A DNA stretch of 64,000 bases, from NCBI GenBank assembly GCA_964035545.1, contig OZ037768.1, positions 14,889,675-14,953,674 of the forward strand, read 5' to 3'. Source of the stretch: Bugula neritina (taxonomy: Eukaryota > Animalia > Bryozoa). Positions 1 to 16,100 of the stretch are shown in pieces (the first letter of the stretch is position 1; every line of letters starts with the position of its first letter). The translations under genes and the position numbers were made by a program. The notes below the pieces were generated by a model. The model was not told where the DNA came from. It did no database searches and was given only the letters and a program-made list of their open reading frames with translations.

Positions 1-520
1 GCAACATACTGAAATACACTGTAACATACTGAAATACACTGCAACATACTGTAATATACTGCAAGATACTGCAACATACTGAAACACATTGTAAGATACT
101 GAAATGCATTGCAACATACCGCAACATACTGCAACGTATTGAAATACACTGTAACATATTGAAAAACACTGCAACACATTGAAATATACTGCAACATACT
201 GAAATATACTGCAAGATACTGCAAAATACTGAAATACATTGTGAGATACCTAAATACACTGCAACATACTGAAATACACTGTAACATACTGAAATACACT
301 GCAACATACTGAAATATACTGCAAGATACTGCAACATACTGAAACACATTGTAAGATACTGAAATGCACTGCAACATACCGCAACATACTGCAACGTATT
401 GAAATACACTGTAACATATTGAAAAACACTGCAACACATTGAAATATACTGCAACATACTGAAATATACTGCAAGATACTGCAAAATACTGAAATACATT
501 GTGAGATACCTAAATACACT
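1..520 (+). repeat. 260-bp higher-order unit, two tandem copies
   Basis: 1-260 and 261-520 share the same variant order (GAAATGCA, GCAACGTATT, GTGAGATACCTAAAT). The same doublet recurs at 7931-8450 and a single copy at about 6941-7200. Confidence 0.9.
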
Positions 521-3500
521 GCAACATACTGCAACATACTGCAACATATTGAAATACACTGTAACATATTGAAAAACACTGCAACACATTGAAATATACC
601 GCAACATACCGAAGTATATGGTAGCCCACTGAAATATACTGCGACATACTGAAATACACTGTAACGTACTAAAATACACTGCAACATACTGAAATACACT
701 GTAACATATTAAAATACACTGCAACACACTGAAATATACTGAAACATACCGAAATATATGGTAACCCACTGAAATATGTGGCAAACCACTGAAATAGACT
801 GCAACATACTGCAACATAATGAAGTATACTGCAACAGACTGAAATATACGGCAAGAAACTGCAACACACCGAAATACACTGTAACATACTGAAGTACACT
901 GCAACATACTGAAATATACTGCATGATACTGCAACATACTGATACACATGTAAGATACTGAAATACACTGCAACATACCGCAACATACTGCAACGTATTG
1001 AAATACACTGTAACATATTGAAAAACACTGCAACACCTTGAAATATACTGCAACATACTGAAACATACGGCAACATACTGAAATTTACTGCGACACATTG
1101 AAATATAGTGCAACATACTGAAATATACTGTAGCATACTGAAATACACTGCAATACACTGAAGTATACTGTAATATACAGGAACGTACTGTAACATACTG
1201 AAACATACGGCAACATACTAAAATATACTGCGACACATTGAAAGATCCTGCAACATACTGAAATACACCGTAACATACTAAACTCCACTGCGACATTCTG
1301 AAATACACTGTAACACATTAAAATACACTGCAACACATTGAATTATACTGAAATACATCGTAGGATACTGAAATACACTGCAAGATATTGCAACATAATG
1401 GAATATATGGTAACCTACTGAAATATGTTGAAAACTACTGAAATATACTGCAACATAATGCAACATAATGAAAGAGACTGCAACATACTGATATAAACTG
1501 CAAGATACTGCAACATACTGAAATACACTGCAACACACTGAAGTATACTGTAATATACAGAAATGTACTGTAAAATACTGAAATATACTTCAACATACTG
1601 AAAACTACCTAAAAATATTGAAACATACTGATATACACTGAAACATACTGAAATACACTGCAACACATTGGAATATACTGCAACATACTGAAATATATGG
1701 TAACCTACTGAAGTATGTTGCAAACAACTGAAATATACTGCAACATACTGAAATAAGCCAGAACATACTGAAATACACTGCAACATACTGAAATACACTG
1801 TAACAAATTGAAATACACTGCAACACACTGAAATATACTGAAACATACCGAAATATAAGGTAACCTACTGAAATATGTTGCAAACCACTGAAACATCCTG
1901 CATAATCCTGCAACAAAATGAAATAAACGGTAACACTGAAGCATACTGCAATATACTGAAATACACTGTAACATACTAAGACATACTGCAACATACCGAA
2001 ATATATGGTAACCTACTGAAATATGTTGCAAACGACTGAAATATACTGCAACATACCGCAACATATTGAAGTATACTGCAACATACTGAAATATACTGCA
2101 AGATACTGCAACATACTGAAATACACTGTAACATACTGAAATACACTGCAACATACTGAATTATACTGCAAGATACTGCAACATACTGAAACACATTGTA
2201 AGATACTGAAATACACTGCAACATACCGCAACATACTGCAACGTATTGAAATACACTGTAACATATTGAAAAACACTGCAACACATTGAAATATACTGCA
2301 ACATACTAAAACATACGGCAACATACTGAAATATACTGCGACACATTGAAATATAGTGCAACATACTGAAATATGCTGTAGCATACTGAAATACACTGCA
2401 ATACACTCAAGTATACTGTAATATACAGAAACGTACTGTAACATACTGAAACATACGGCAACATACTAAAATATACTGCGACACATTGAAACATACTGCA
2501 ACATACTGAAATACACCAAAACATACTAAACTCCACTGCAACAATCTGAAATACACTGTAACACATTGAAATACACTGCAACACAGTGAATTACACTGAA
2601 ATACATTGTAAGATACGGAAACACACTGCAACATACTGCAACATAATGAAATATACGGTAACCTACTGAAATATGTTGAAAACTACTGAAATATACTGCA
2701 ACATTATGCAACATAATGAAAGATACTGCAATATACTGAAATAAACTGCAAGATACTGCAACATACTGAAATACACTGTAACATACTGAAATACACTGTA
2801 ACATATTGAAATACACTGCGACATACTGCAACATACTGAAAAACGCTGTAACATATTGAAATACACTGCAACACATTGAAATATTCCGCAACATACCGAA
2901 ATATATGGTAACCTAATGAGATATACTGTAACACGTTGAAGTACACTGCAATATACTGAAATACACTGCAACACACTAAATTATACTGTAATTTACAGAA
3001 ATGTATTGCAACATACTGGAATATACTGCAAGATACTGCAACATACTGAAATATACTGCATGATACTGCAACATACTGATACACATTGTAAGATACTGAA
3101 ATGCACTGCAACACACTGAAATATACTGCATGATACTGCAACATACTCATACACATTGTAAGATACTGAAATACACTGCAACAAACCGCAACATACTGCA
3201 ACGTATTGAAATACACTGTAACATATTGAAAAACACTGCAACACATTGAAATATACTGCAACATACTGAAACATACGGCAACATACTGAAATGTACTGCG
3301 ACACATTGAAATATAGTGCAACATACTGAAATATGCTGTAGCATACTGAAATACACTGCAATACACTGAAGTATACTGTAATATACCGAATTGTACTGTA
3401 ACATACTGAAACATACGGTAACATACTAAAATAAACTGCGACACATTGAAATATACTGCAACATACTGAAATACACCGTAACATACTGAAATACACTGCA

Positions 3501-3565
3501 ACATACTGAAATACACTGTAACATATTGAAATACACTGCAACACACTGAAATATACTGAAACATA

Positions 3566-3670
3566 CCGAAATATTTGGTAACCTACTGAAATATGTTGCA
3601 AACCACTGAAACATACTGCATCATCCTGCAACAAAATGAAATATACGGTAACACTGAAGCATACTGCAAT
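3566..3670 (+). repeat. Representative landmark cassette containing the GGTAACC box and the 8-bp unit GTAACACT
   Basis: Consensus CCGAAATATATGGTAACCTACTGAAATATGTTGCAAACCACTGAAACATACTGCAT[C/A]ATCCTGCAACAAAATGAAATATACG-GTAACACT-GAAGCATACT. The 8-mer was counted 46 times between 1930 and 62634. Confidence 0.9.
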
Positions 3671-6600
3671 ATACTGAAATATACTGTAACATACTAAGAC
3701 ATACTGCAACATACCGAAAAATATGGTTGCCTACTGAAATATGTTACAAACTACTGAAACATACTGCAACATACTGCAACATAATGAAATATACTGCAAC
3801 ATAATGAAATATACTGCAACATACTGAAAAATACTGCAAGTTACTGCAAAATACTGAAATACATTGTAAGATACCTAAATACACTGCAACATACTGCAAC
3901 ATACTGCAACATATTGAAATACACGGTAACATATTGAAAAACACTGCAACACATTGAAATATACCGCAACATACCGAAGTATATGGTAGCCTACTGAAAT
4001 ATGCTGCGACATACTGAAATACACTGTAACGTACTGAAATACACTGCAACATACTGAAATACATTGTAACATATTAAAATACACTGCAACACACTGAAAT
4101 ATACTGAAACATACCGAAATATATGGTAACCCACTGAAATATGTTGCAAACCACTGAAATATACTGCAACATTCTGCAACATAATGAAGTATACTGCAAC
4201 AGACTGAAACATACTGCAACATACTTAAATACACTGTAACATATTGAAATACACTGCAACACACTGAAATATACTGAAACATACCGAAATATATGGTAAC
4301 CTACTGAAATATGTTGCAAACCACTGAAACATACTGCATCATCCTGCAACAAAATGAAGTATACGGTAACACTGAAGCATACTGCAACATACTGTAACAT
4401 ACTAAGACATACTGCAACATACCGAAAAATATGGTAACCTACTGAAATATGTTACAAACTATTGAAATATACTGCAGCATACTGCAACATAATGAAATAT
4501 ACTGCAACATACTGAAAGATACTGCAACATACTGAAATACACTATAGAATAGCGAAATATACTGCAACATACTGAAATATACTGCAAGATACTGCAAAAC
4601 ACTGAAATACATTGTAAGATACCTAAATACACTGCAACATACTGCAACATACTGCAACATATTGAAATACACTGTAACATATTGAAAAACACTGCAACAC
4701 ATTGAAATATACTGCAACATACTGAAACATACGGCAACATACTGAAATATACTGCGACACATTGAAATATAGTGCAACATATTGAAATATGCTGTAGCAT
4801 ACTGAAATACACTGCAATACACTGAAGTATACTGTAATATACAGGAACGTACTGTAACATACTGAAACATACGGCAACATACTAAAATATACTGCGACAC
4901 ATTGAAAGATCCTGCAACATACTGAAATACACCGTAACATACTAAACTCCACTGCGACATTCTGAATTACACTGTAACACATTAAAATACACTGCAACAC
5001 ATTGAATTATACTGAAATACATCGTAGGATACTGAAATACACTGCAAGATATTGCAACATAATGGAATATATGGTAACCTACTGAAATATGTTGAAAACT
5101 ACTGAAATATACTGCAACATAATGCAACATAATGAAAGATACTGCAACATACTGATATAAACTGCAAGATACTGCAAAATACTGAAATACATTGTGAGAT
5201 ACCTAAATACACTGCAACATACTGCAACATACTGCAACATATTGAAATACACTGTAACATATTGAAAAACACTGCATCACATTGAAATATACCGCAACAT
5301 ACCGAAGTATATGGTAGCCTACTGAAATATACTGCGACATACTGAAATACACTGTAACGTACTAAAATACACTGCAACATACTGAAATACACTGTAACAT
5401 ATTAAAATACACTGCAACACACTGAAATATACTGAAACATACCGAAATATATGGTAACCCACTGAAATATGTGGCAAACCACTGAAATAGACTGCAACAT
5501 ACTGCAACATAATGAAGTATACTGCAACAGACTGAAATATACGGCAAGAAACTGCAACACACCGAAATACACTGTAACATACTGAAGTACAATGCAATAT
5601 ACTGATATATACTGCATGATACAGCAACATACTGATACACATTGTAAGATACTGAAATACACTGCAACATACCGCAACATACTGCAACGTATTGAAATAC
5701 ACTGTAACATATTGAAAAACACTGCAACACATCGAAATATACTGCAACATACTGAAACATACGGCAACATACTAAAATATACTGCGACACATTGAAATAT
5801 AGTGCAACATACTGAAATATGCTGTAGCATACTGAAATACACTGCAATACACTGAAGTATACTGTAATATACAGGAACGTACTGTAACATACTGAAACAT
5901 ACGGCAACATACTAAAATATACTGCGACACATTGAAAGATCCTGCAACATACTGAAATATACCGTAACATACTAAACTCCACTGCGACATTCTGAAATAC
6001 ACTGTAACACATTAAAATACACTGCAACACATTGAATTATACTGAAATACATCGTAGGATACTGAAATACACTGCAAGATATTGCAACATAATGGAATAT
6101 ATGGTAACCTACTGAAATATGTTGAAAACTACTGAAATATACTGCAACATACTGCAACATAATGAAAGATACTGCAACATACTGATATAAACTGCAAGAT
6201 ACTGCAACATACTGAAATACACTGCAACACACTAAGGTATACTGTAACATACACAAATTTACTGTAACATACTGAAACATGCCGCAGCATTTATAATATA
6301 CTGCAACAGATTGAAATATACTGCACCATACTGAAATATGCTGTAGCATACTGAAATACACTGCAACACACTGAAGTATACTGTAACATACAGAAATGTA
6401 CTGTAAAATACTGAAATATACTTCAACATACTGAAAACTACCTAAAAATATTGAAACATACTGATATACACTGAAACATACTGAAATACACTGCAACACA
6501 TTGGAATATACTGCAACATACTGAAATATATGGTAACCTACTGAAGTATGTTGCAAACAACTGAAATATACTGCAACATACTGAAATACGCCAGAACATA

Positions 6601-8720
6601 CTGAAATACACTGCAACATACTGAAATACACTGTAACAAATTGAAATACACTGCAACACACTGAAATATACTGAAACATACCGAAATATAAGGTAACCTA
6701 CCGAAATATGTTGCAAACCACTGAAACATACTGCATAATCCTGCAACAAAATGAAATAAACGGTAACACTGAAGCATACTGCAATATACTGAAATACACT
6801 GTAACATACTAAGACATACTGCAACATACCGAAATATATGGTAACCTACTGAAATATGTTGCAAACGACTGAAATATACTGCAACATACTGCAACATATT
6901 GAAGTATACTGCAACATACTGAAATATACTGCAAGATACTGCAACATACTGAAATACACTGTAACATACTGAAATACACTGCAACATACTGAAATATACT
7001 GCAAGATACTGCAACATACTGAAACACATTGTAAGATACTGAAATGCACTGCAACATACCGCAACATACTGCAACGTATTGAAATACACTGTAACATATT
7101 GAAAAACACTGCAACACGTTGAAATATACTGCAACATACTGAAATACACTGCAAGATACTGCAAAATACTGAAATACATTGTGAGATACCTAAATACACT
7201 GCAACATACTGCAACTTACTGCAACATATTGAAATCCACTGTAACATATTGAAAAACACTGCAACACATTGAAATATACCGCAACATACCGAAGTATATG
7301 GTAGCCTACTGAAATATACTGCGACATACTGAAATACACTGTAACGTACTAAAATACACTGCAACATACTGAAATACACTGTAACATATTAAAATACACT
7401 GCAACACACTGAAATATACTGAAACATACCGAAATATATGGTAACCCACTGAAATATGTTGCAAACCACTGAAATAGACTGCAACATACTGCAACATAAT
7501 GAAGTATACTGCAACAGACTGAAATATACGGCAAGAAACTGCAACACACCGAAATACACTGTAACATACTGAAGTACACTGCAACATACTGAAATATACT
7601 GCATGATACTGCAACATACTGATACACATTGTAAGATACTGAAATACACTGCAACATACCGCAACATACTGCAACGTATTGAAATACACTGTAACATATT
7701 GAAAAACACTGCAACACATTGAAATATACTGCAACATACTGAAACATACGGCAACATACTGAAATATACTGCGACACATTGAAATATAGTGCAACATACT
7801 GAAATATGCTGTAGCATACTGAAACACACTGCAATACACTGAAGTATACTGTAGTATACAGGAACGTACTGTAACATACTGAAACATACGGCAACATACT
7901 AAAATATACTACGACACATTGAAAGATCCTGCAACATACTGAAATACACTGTAACATACTGAAATACACTGCAACATACTGTAATATACTGCAAGATACT
8001 GCAACATACTGAAACACATTGTAAGATACTGAAATGCATTGCAACATACCGCAACATACTGCAACGTATTGAAATACACTGTAACATATTGAAAAACACT
8101 GCAACACATTGAAATATACTGCAACATACTGAAATATACTGCAAGATACTGCAAAATACTGAAATACATTGTGAGATACCTAAATACACTGCAACATACT
8201 GAAATACACTGTAACATACTGAAATACACTGCAACATACTGAAATATACTGCAAGATACTGCAACATACTGAAACACATTGTAAGATACTGAAATGCACT
8301 GCAACATACCGCAACATACTGCAACGTATTGAAATACACTGTAACATATTGAAAAACACTGCAACACATTGAAATATACTGCAACATACTGAAATATACT
8401 GCAAGATACTGCAAAATACTGAAATACATTGTGAGATACCTAAATACACTGCAACATACTGCAACATACTGCAACATATTGAAATACACTGTAACATATT
8501 GAAAAACACTGCAACACATTGAAATATACCGCAACATACCGAAGTATATGGTAGCCTACTGAAATATACTGTAACACGTTGAAGTACACTGCAACATACT
8601 GAAATACACTGCAACACACTAAATTATACTGTAATTTACAGAAATGTACTGCAACATACTGGAATATACTGCAAGATACTGCAACATACTGAAATACACT
8701 GTAACATACTGCAATACACT

Positions 8721-8930
8721 GCAACATACTGAAATATACTGCATGATACTGCAACATACTGATACACATTGTAAGATACTGAAATGCACTGCAACATACT
8801 GAAATATACTGCATGATACTGCAACATACTCATACACATTGTAAGATACTGAAATACACTGCAACATACTGAAATATACTGCATGATACTGCAACATACT
8901 CATACACATTGTAAGATACTGAAATACACT
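8721..8930 (+). repeat. 70-bp heptamer unit, three tandem copies
   Basis: GCAACATACT GAAATATACT GCATGATACT GCAACATACT [G/C]ATACACATT GTAAGATACT GAAAT[G/A]CACT at 8721, 8791 and 8861. Triplets also at about 14391-14600 and 20239-20448. Confidence 0.92.
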
Positions 8931-11900
8931 GCAACAAACCGCAACATACTGCAACGTATTGAAATACACTGTAACATATTGAAAAACACTGCAACACATT
9001 GAAATATACTGCAACATACTGAAACATATGGCAACATACTGAAATGTACTGCGACACATTGAAATATAGTGCAACATACTGAAATATGCTGTAGCATACT
9101 GAAATACACTGCAATACACTGAAGTATACTGTAATATACAGAATTGTACTGTAACATACTGAAACATACGGTAACATACTAAAATATACTGCGACACATT
9201 GAAATATACTGCAACATACTGAAATACACCGTAACATACTGAAATACACTGTAACATATTGAAATACACTGCAACACACTGAAATATACTGAAACATACC
9301 GAAATATATGGTAACCTACTGAAATATGTTGCAAACCACTGAAACATACTGCATCATCCTGCAACAAAATGAAATATACGGTAACACTGAAGCATACTGC
9401 AATATACTGAGATATACTGTAACATACTAAGACATACTGCAACATACCGAAAAATATGGTAACCTACTGAAATATGTTACAAACTACTGAAACATACTGC
9501 AACATACTGCAACATAATGAAATATTCTGCAACATACTGAAAGATACTGCAACATAATGCAACATACTGAAATACACTATAAAATATTGAAATATACTGC
9601 AACATACTGAAATATACAGCAAGATACTGCGAAATACTGAAATACATAGTAAGATACCTAAATACACTGCAACATACTGCAACAAAAAGAAATATACGGT
9701 AACACTGAAGCATACTGCAATATACTGAAATATACTGTAACATACTAAGACATACTGCAACATACCGAAAAATATGGTAACCTACTGAAATATGTTACAA
9801 ACTACTGAAACATACTGCAACATACTGCAACATAATGAAATATACTGCAACATAATGAAATATACTGCAACATACTGAAAGATACTGCAAGTTACTGCAA
9901 AATACTGAAATACATTGTAAGTTACCTAAATACACTGCAACATACTGCAACATACTGCAACATATTGAAATACACGGTAACATATTGAAAAACACTGCAA
10001 CACATTGAAATATACCGCAACATACCGAAGTATATGGTAGCCTACTGAAATATGCTGCGACATACTGAAATACACTGTAACGTACTGAAATACACTGCAA
10101 CATACTGAAATACACTGTAAGCTATTAAAATACACTGCAACACACTGAAATATACTGAAACATACCGAAATATATGGTAACTCACTGAAATATGTTGCAA
10201 ACCACTGAAATATACTGCAACATACTGCAACATAATGAAGTATACTGCAACAGACTGAAATATACTGCAACATACTGAAATACACTGTAACATATTGAAA
10301 CACACTGCAACACACTGAAATATACTGAAACATACCGAAATATATGGTAACCTACTGAAATATGTTGCAAACCACTGAAACATACTGCATCATCCTGCAA
10401 CAAAATGAAGTATACGGTAACACTGAAGCATACTGCAACATACTGTAACATACTAAGACATACTGCAACATACCGAAAAATATGGTAACCTACTGAAATA
10501 TGTTACAAACTATTGAAATATACTGCAGCATACTGCAACATAATGAAATATACTGCAACATACTGAAAGATACTGCAACATACTGAAATACACTATAGAA
10601 TACCGAAATATAGTGCAACATACTGAAATATACTGCAAGATACTGCAAAAAACTGAAATACATTGTAAGATACCTAAATACACTGCAACATACTGCAACA
10701 TACTGCAACATATTGAAATACACTGTAACATATTGAAAAACACTGCAACACATTGAAATATACCGCAACATACCGAAGTATATGGTAGCCTACTGAAATT
10801 TACTGCGACATACTGAAATACACTGTAACGTACTAAAATACACTGCAACATACTGAAATACACTGTAACATATTAAAATACACTGCAACACACTGAAATA
10901 TACTGAAACATACCGAAATATATGGTAACCCTCTGAAATATGTTGCAAACCACTGAAATATACTGCAACATACTGCAACATAATGAAGTATACTGCAACA
11001 GACTGAAATATACGGCAAGAAACTGCAACACACTGAAATACACTGTAACATACTGAAGTACACTGCAACATACTGAAATATACTGCATGATACTGCAACA
11101 TACTGATACACATTGTAAGATACTGAAATACACTGCAACATACCGCAACTTACTGCAACGTATTGAAATACACTGTAACATATTGAAAAACACTGCAACA
11201 CATTGAAATATACTGCAACATACTGAAACATACGGCAACATACTGAAATATACTGCGACACATTGAAATATAGTGCAACATACTGAAATATGCTGTAGCA
11301 TACTGAAATACACTGCAATACACTGAAGTATACTGTAATATACAGATTCTTACTGTAACATACTGAAACATACGGCAACATACTAAAATATACTGCGACA
11401 CATTGAAAGATACTGCAACATACTGAAATACACCGTAACATACTAAACTCCACTGCGACATTTTTAAATACACTGTAACACATTAAAATACACTGCAACA
11501 CATTGAATTATACTGAAATACATTGTAGGATACTGAAATACACTGCAAGATATTGCAACATAATGGAATATATGGTAACCTACTGAAATATGTTGAAAAC
11601 TACTGAAATATACTGCAACATAATGCAACATAATGAAAGATACTGCAACATACTGATATAAACTGCAAGATACTGCAACATACTGAAATACACTGCAACA
11701 CACTGAAGTATACTGTAATATACAGAAATGTAATGTAAAATACTGAAATATACTTCAACATACTGAAAACTACCTAAAAATATTGAAACATACTGATATA
11801 CACTGAAACATACTGAAATACACTGCAACACATTGGAATATACTGCAACATACTGAAATATATGGTAACCTACTGAAGTATGTTGCAAACAACTGAAATA

Positions 11901-13123
11901 TACTGCAACATACTGAAATACAGCGTAACATACTGAAATACACTGCAACATACTGAAATACACTGTAACATATTGAAATACACTGCAACACACTGAAATA
12001 TACTGAAACATACCGCAATATATGGTAACCTACTGTAATATGTTGCAAACCACTGAAACATACTGCATCATCCTGCAACAAAATGAGATATACGGTAACA
12101 CTGAAGCATACTGCAATATACTGAGATATACTGTAACATACTAAGACATACTGCAACATACCGAAAAATATGGTAACCTACTGAAATATGTTACAAACTA
12201 CTGAAACATACTGCAACATACTGCAACATAATGAAATATACTGCAACATACTGAAAGATACTGCAACATAATGCAACATAAAGAAATACACTATAGAATA
12301 TTGAAATATACTGCAACATACTGAAATATACAGCAAGATACTGCGAAATACTGAAATACATAGTAAGATACCTAAATACACTGCAACATATTGCAACATA
12401 CTGCAACATATTGAAATACACTGTAACATATTGAAAAACACTGCAACACATTGAAATATACCGCAACACACCGAAGTATATGGTAGCCTACTGAAATATA
12501 CTGTGACATACTGAAATACACTGTAACGTATTGAAATACACTGCAACATACTGAAATACACTGTAACATATTAAAATACACTGCAACACACTGAAATATA
12601 CTGAAACATACTGAAATACGCCGTAACATACTGAAATACACTGCAACATACTGAAATACACTGTAACAAATTGAAATACACTGCAACACACTGAAATATA
12701 CTGAAACATACCGAAATATAAGGTAACCTACTGAAATATGTTGAAAACTACTGAAATATACTGCAACATAATGCAACATAATGAAAGATACTGCAACATA
12801 CTGAAATAAACTGCAAGATACTGCAACATACTGAAATACACTGCAACACACTGAAGTATACTGTAATATACAGAAATGTACTGTAAAATACTGAAGTATA
12901 CTTCAACATACTGAAAACTACCTAAAAATATTGAAACATACTGATATACACTGAAACATACTGAAATACACTGCAACACATTGGAATATACTGCAACATA
13001 CTGAAATATATGGTAACCTACTGAAGTATGTTGCAAACAACTGAAATATACTGCAACATACTGAAATACGCCGTAACATACTGAAATACACTGCAACATA
13101 CTGAAATACACTGTAACAAATTG

Positions 13124-16100
13124 AAATACACTGCAACACACTGAAATATACTGAAACATACCGAAATATAAGGTAACCTACTGAAACATGTTGCGAACCA
13201 CTGAAACATACTGCATAATCCTGCAACAAAATGGAATAAACGGTAACACTGAAGCATACTGCAATATACTGAAATATACTGTAACATACTAAGACATACT
13301 GCAACATACCGAAATATATGGTAACCTACTGAAATATGTTGCAAACGACTGAAATATACTGCAACATACTGCAACATATTGAAGTATACTGCAACATACT
13401 GAAATATACTGCAAGATACTGCAACATACTGAAATACACTGTAACATACTGAAATACACTGCAACATACTGAAATATACTGCAAGATACTGCAACATACT
13501 GAAACACATTGTAAGATACTGAAATGCACTGCAACATACTGCAACATACTGCAACGTATTGAAATACACTGCAACATATCGAAAAACACTGCAACACATT
13601 GAAATATACTGCAACATACTAAAACATACGGCAACATACTGAAATATACTGCGACACATTGAAATATAGTGCAACATACTGAAATATGCTGTAGCATACT
13701 GAAATACACTGCAATACACTCAAGTATACTGTAATATACAAAAACGTACTGTAACATACTGAAACATACGGCAACATACTAAAATATACTGCGACACATT
13801 GAAACATACTGCAACATACTGAAATACACCAAAACATACTAAACTCCACTGCAACATTCTGAAATACACTGTAACACATTGAAATACACTGCAACACAGT
13901 GAATTACACTGAAATACATTGTAAGATACGGAAACACACTGCAACATACTGCAACATAATGAAATATATGGTAACCTACTGAAATATGTTGAAAACTACT
14001 GAAATATACTGCAACATTATGCAACATAATGAAAGATACTGCAATATACTGAAATAAACTGCGAGATACTGCAACATACTGAAATACACTGTAACATACT
14101 GAAATACACTGTAACATATTGAAATACACTGCGACATACTGCAACATACTGAAAAACACTGTAACATATTGAAATACACTGCAACACATTGAAATATTCC
14201 GCAACATACCGAAATATATGGTAACCTAATGAGATATACTGTAACACGTTGAAGTACACTGCAACATACTGAAATACACTGCAACCCACTAAATTATACT
14301 GTAATTTACAGAAATGTACTGCAACATACTGGAATATACTGCAAGATACTGCAACATACTGAAATACACTGTAACATACTGCAATACACTGCAACATACT
14401 GAAATATACTGCATGATACTGCAACATACTGATACACATTGTAAGATACTGAAATGCACTGCAACATACTGAAATATACTGCATGATACTGCAACATACT
14501 CATACACATTTTAAGATACTGAAATACACTGCAACATACTGAAATATACTGCATGATACTGCAACATACTCATACACATTGTAAGATACTGAAATACACT
14601 GCAACAAACCGCAACATACTGCAACGTATTGAAATACACTGTAACATATTGAAAAACACTGCAACACATTTAAATATACTGCAACATACTGAAACATATG
14701 GCAACATACTGAAATGTACTGCGACACATTGAAATATAGTGCAACATACTGAAATATGCTGTAGCATACTGAAATACACTGCAATACACTGAAGTATACT
14801 GTAATATACAGAATTGTACTGTAACATACTGAAACATACGGTAACATACTAAAATATACTGCGACACATTGAAATATACTGCAACATACTGAAATACACC
14901 GTAACATACTGAAATACACTGCAACATACTGAAATACACTGTAACATATTGAAATACACTGCAACACACTGAAATATACTGAAACATACCGAAATATATG
15001 GTAACCTACTGAAATATGTTGCAAACCACTGAAACATACTGCATCATCCTGCAACAAAATGAAATATACGGTAACACTGAAGCATACTGCAATATACTGA
15101 AATATACTGTAACATACCGAAAAATATGGTAACCTACTGAAATATGTTACAAACTACTGAAACATACTGCAACATACTGCAACATAATGAAACATACTGC
15201 AACATAATGAAATACACTGTAACGTACTAAAATACACTGCAACATACTGAAATACACTGTAACATAATAAAATACGCTGCAACACACTGAAATATACTGA
15301 AACATACCGAAATATATGGTAACCCACTGAAATATGTTGCAAACCACTGAAATATACTGCAACATACTGCAACATAATGAAGTATACTGCAACAGACTGA
15401 AATATACGGCAAGAAACTGCAACACACTGAAATACACTGTAACATACTGAAGTACACTGCAACATACTGAAATATACTGCATGATACTGCAACATACTGA
15501 TACACATTGTAAGATACTGAAATACACTGCAACATACTGAAATATACTGCATGATACTGCAACATACTCATACACATTGTAAGATACTGAAATACACTGA
15601 AACATACTGATATACACTGAAACATACTGAAATACACTGCAACACATTGGAATATACTGCAACATACCGAAATATATGGTAACCTACTGAAGTATGTTGC
15701 AAACTACTGAAATATACTGCAACATACTGAAATACGCCGTAACATACTGAAATACACTGCAACATACTGAAATACACTGTAACAAATTGAAATACACTGC
15801 AACACACTGAAATATACTGAAACATACCGAAATATAAGGTAACCTACTGAAATATGTTGCAAACCACTGAAACATACTGCATAATCCTGCAACAAAATGA
15901 AATAAACGGTAACACTGAAGCAAACTGCATAATACTGAGATATACTGCAACATACTGCAACATAATGAAGTATACTGCAACAGACTGAAATATACTGCAA
16001 CATACTGAAATACACTGTAACATATTGAAATACACTGCAACACACTGAAATATACTGAAACATACCGAAATGTATGGTAACCTACTGAAATATGTTGCAA

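Noticed and set aside
941-960. Single-base deletions at about 950 and 63490 as meaningful phase switches
   Set aside because: Each is private to one copy and could be a sequencing or consensus error.
5592-5795. 67-aa plus-strand ORF
   Set aside because: Chance stop-free run in satellite with the same repeat-derived composition.
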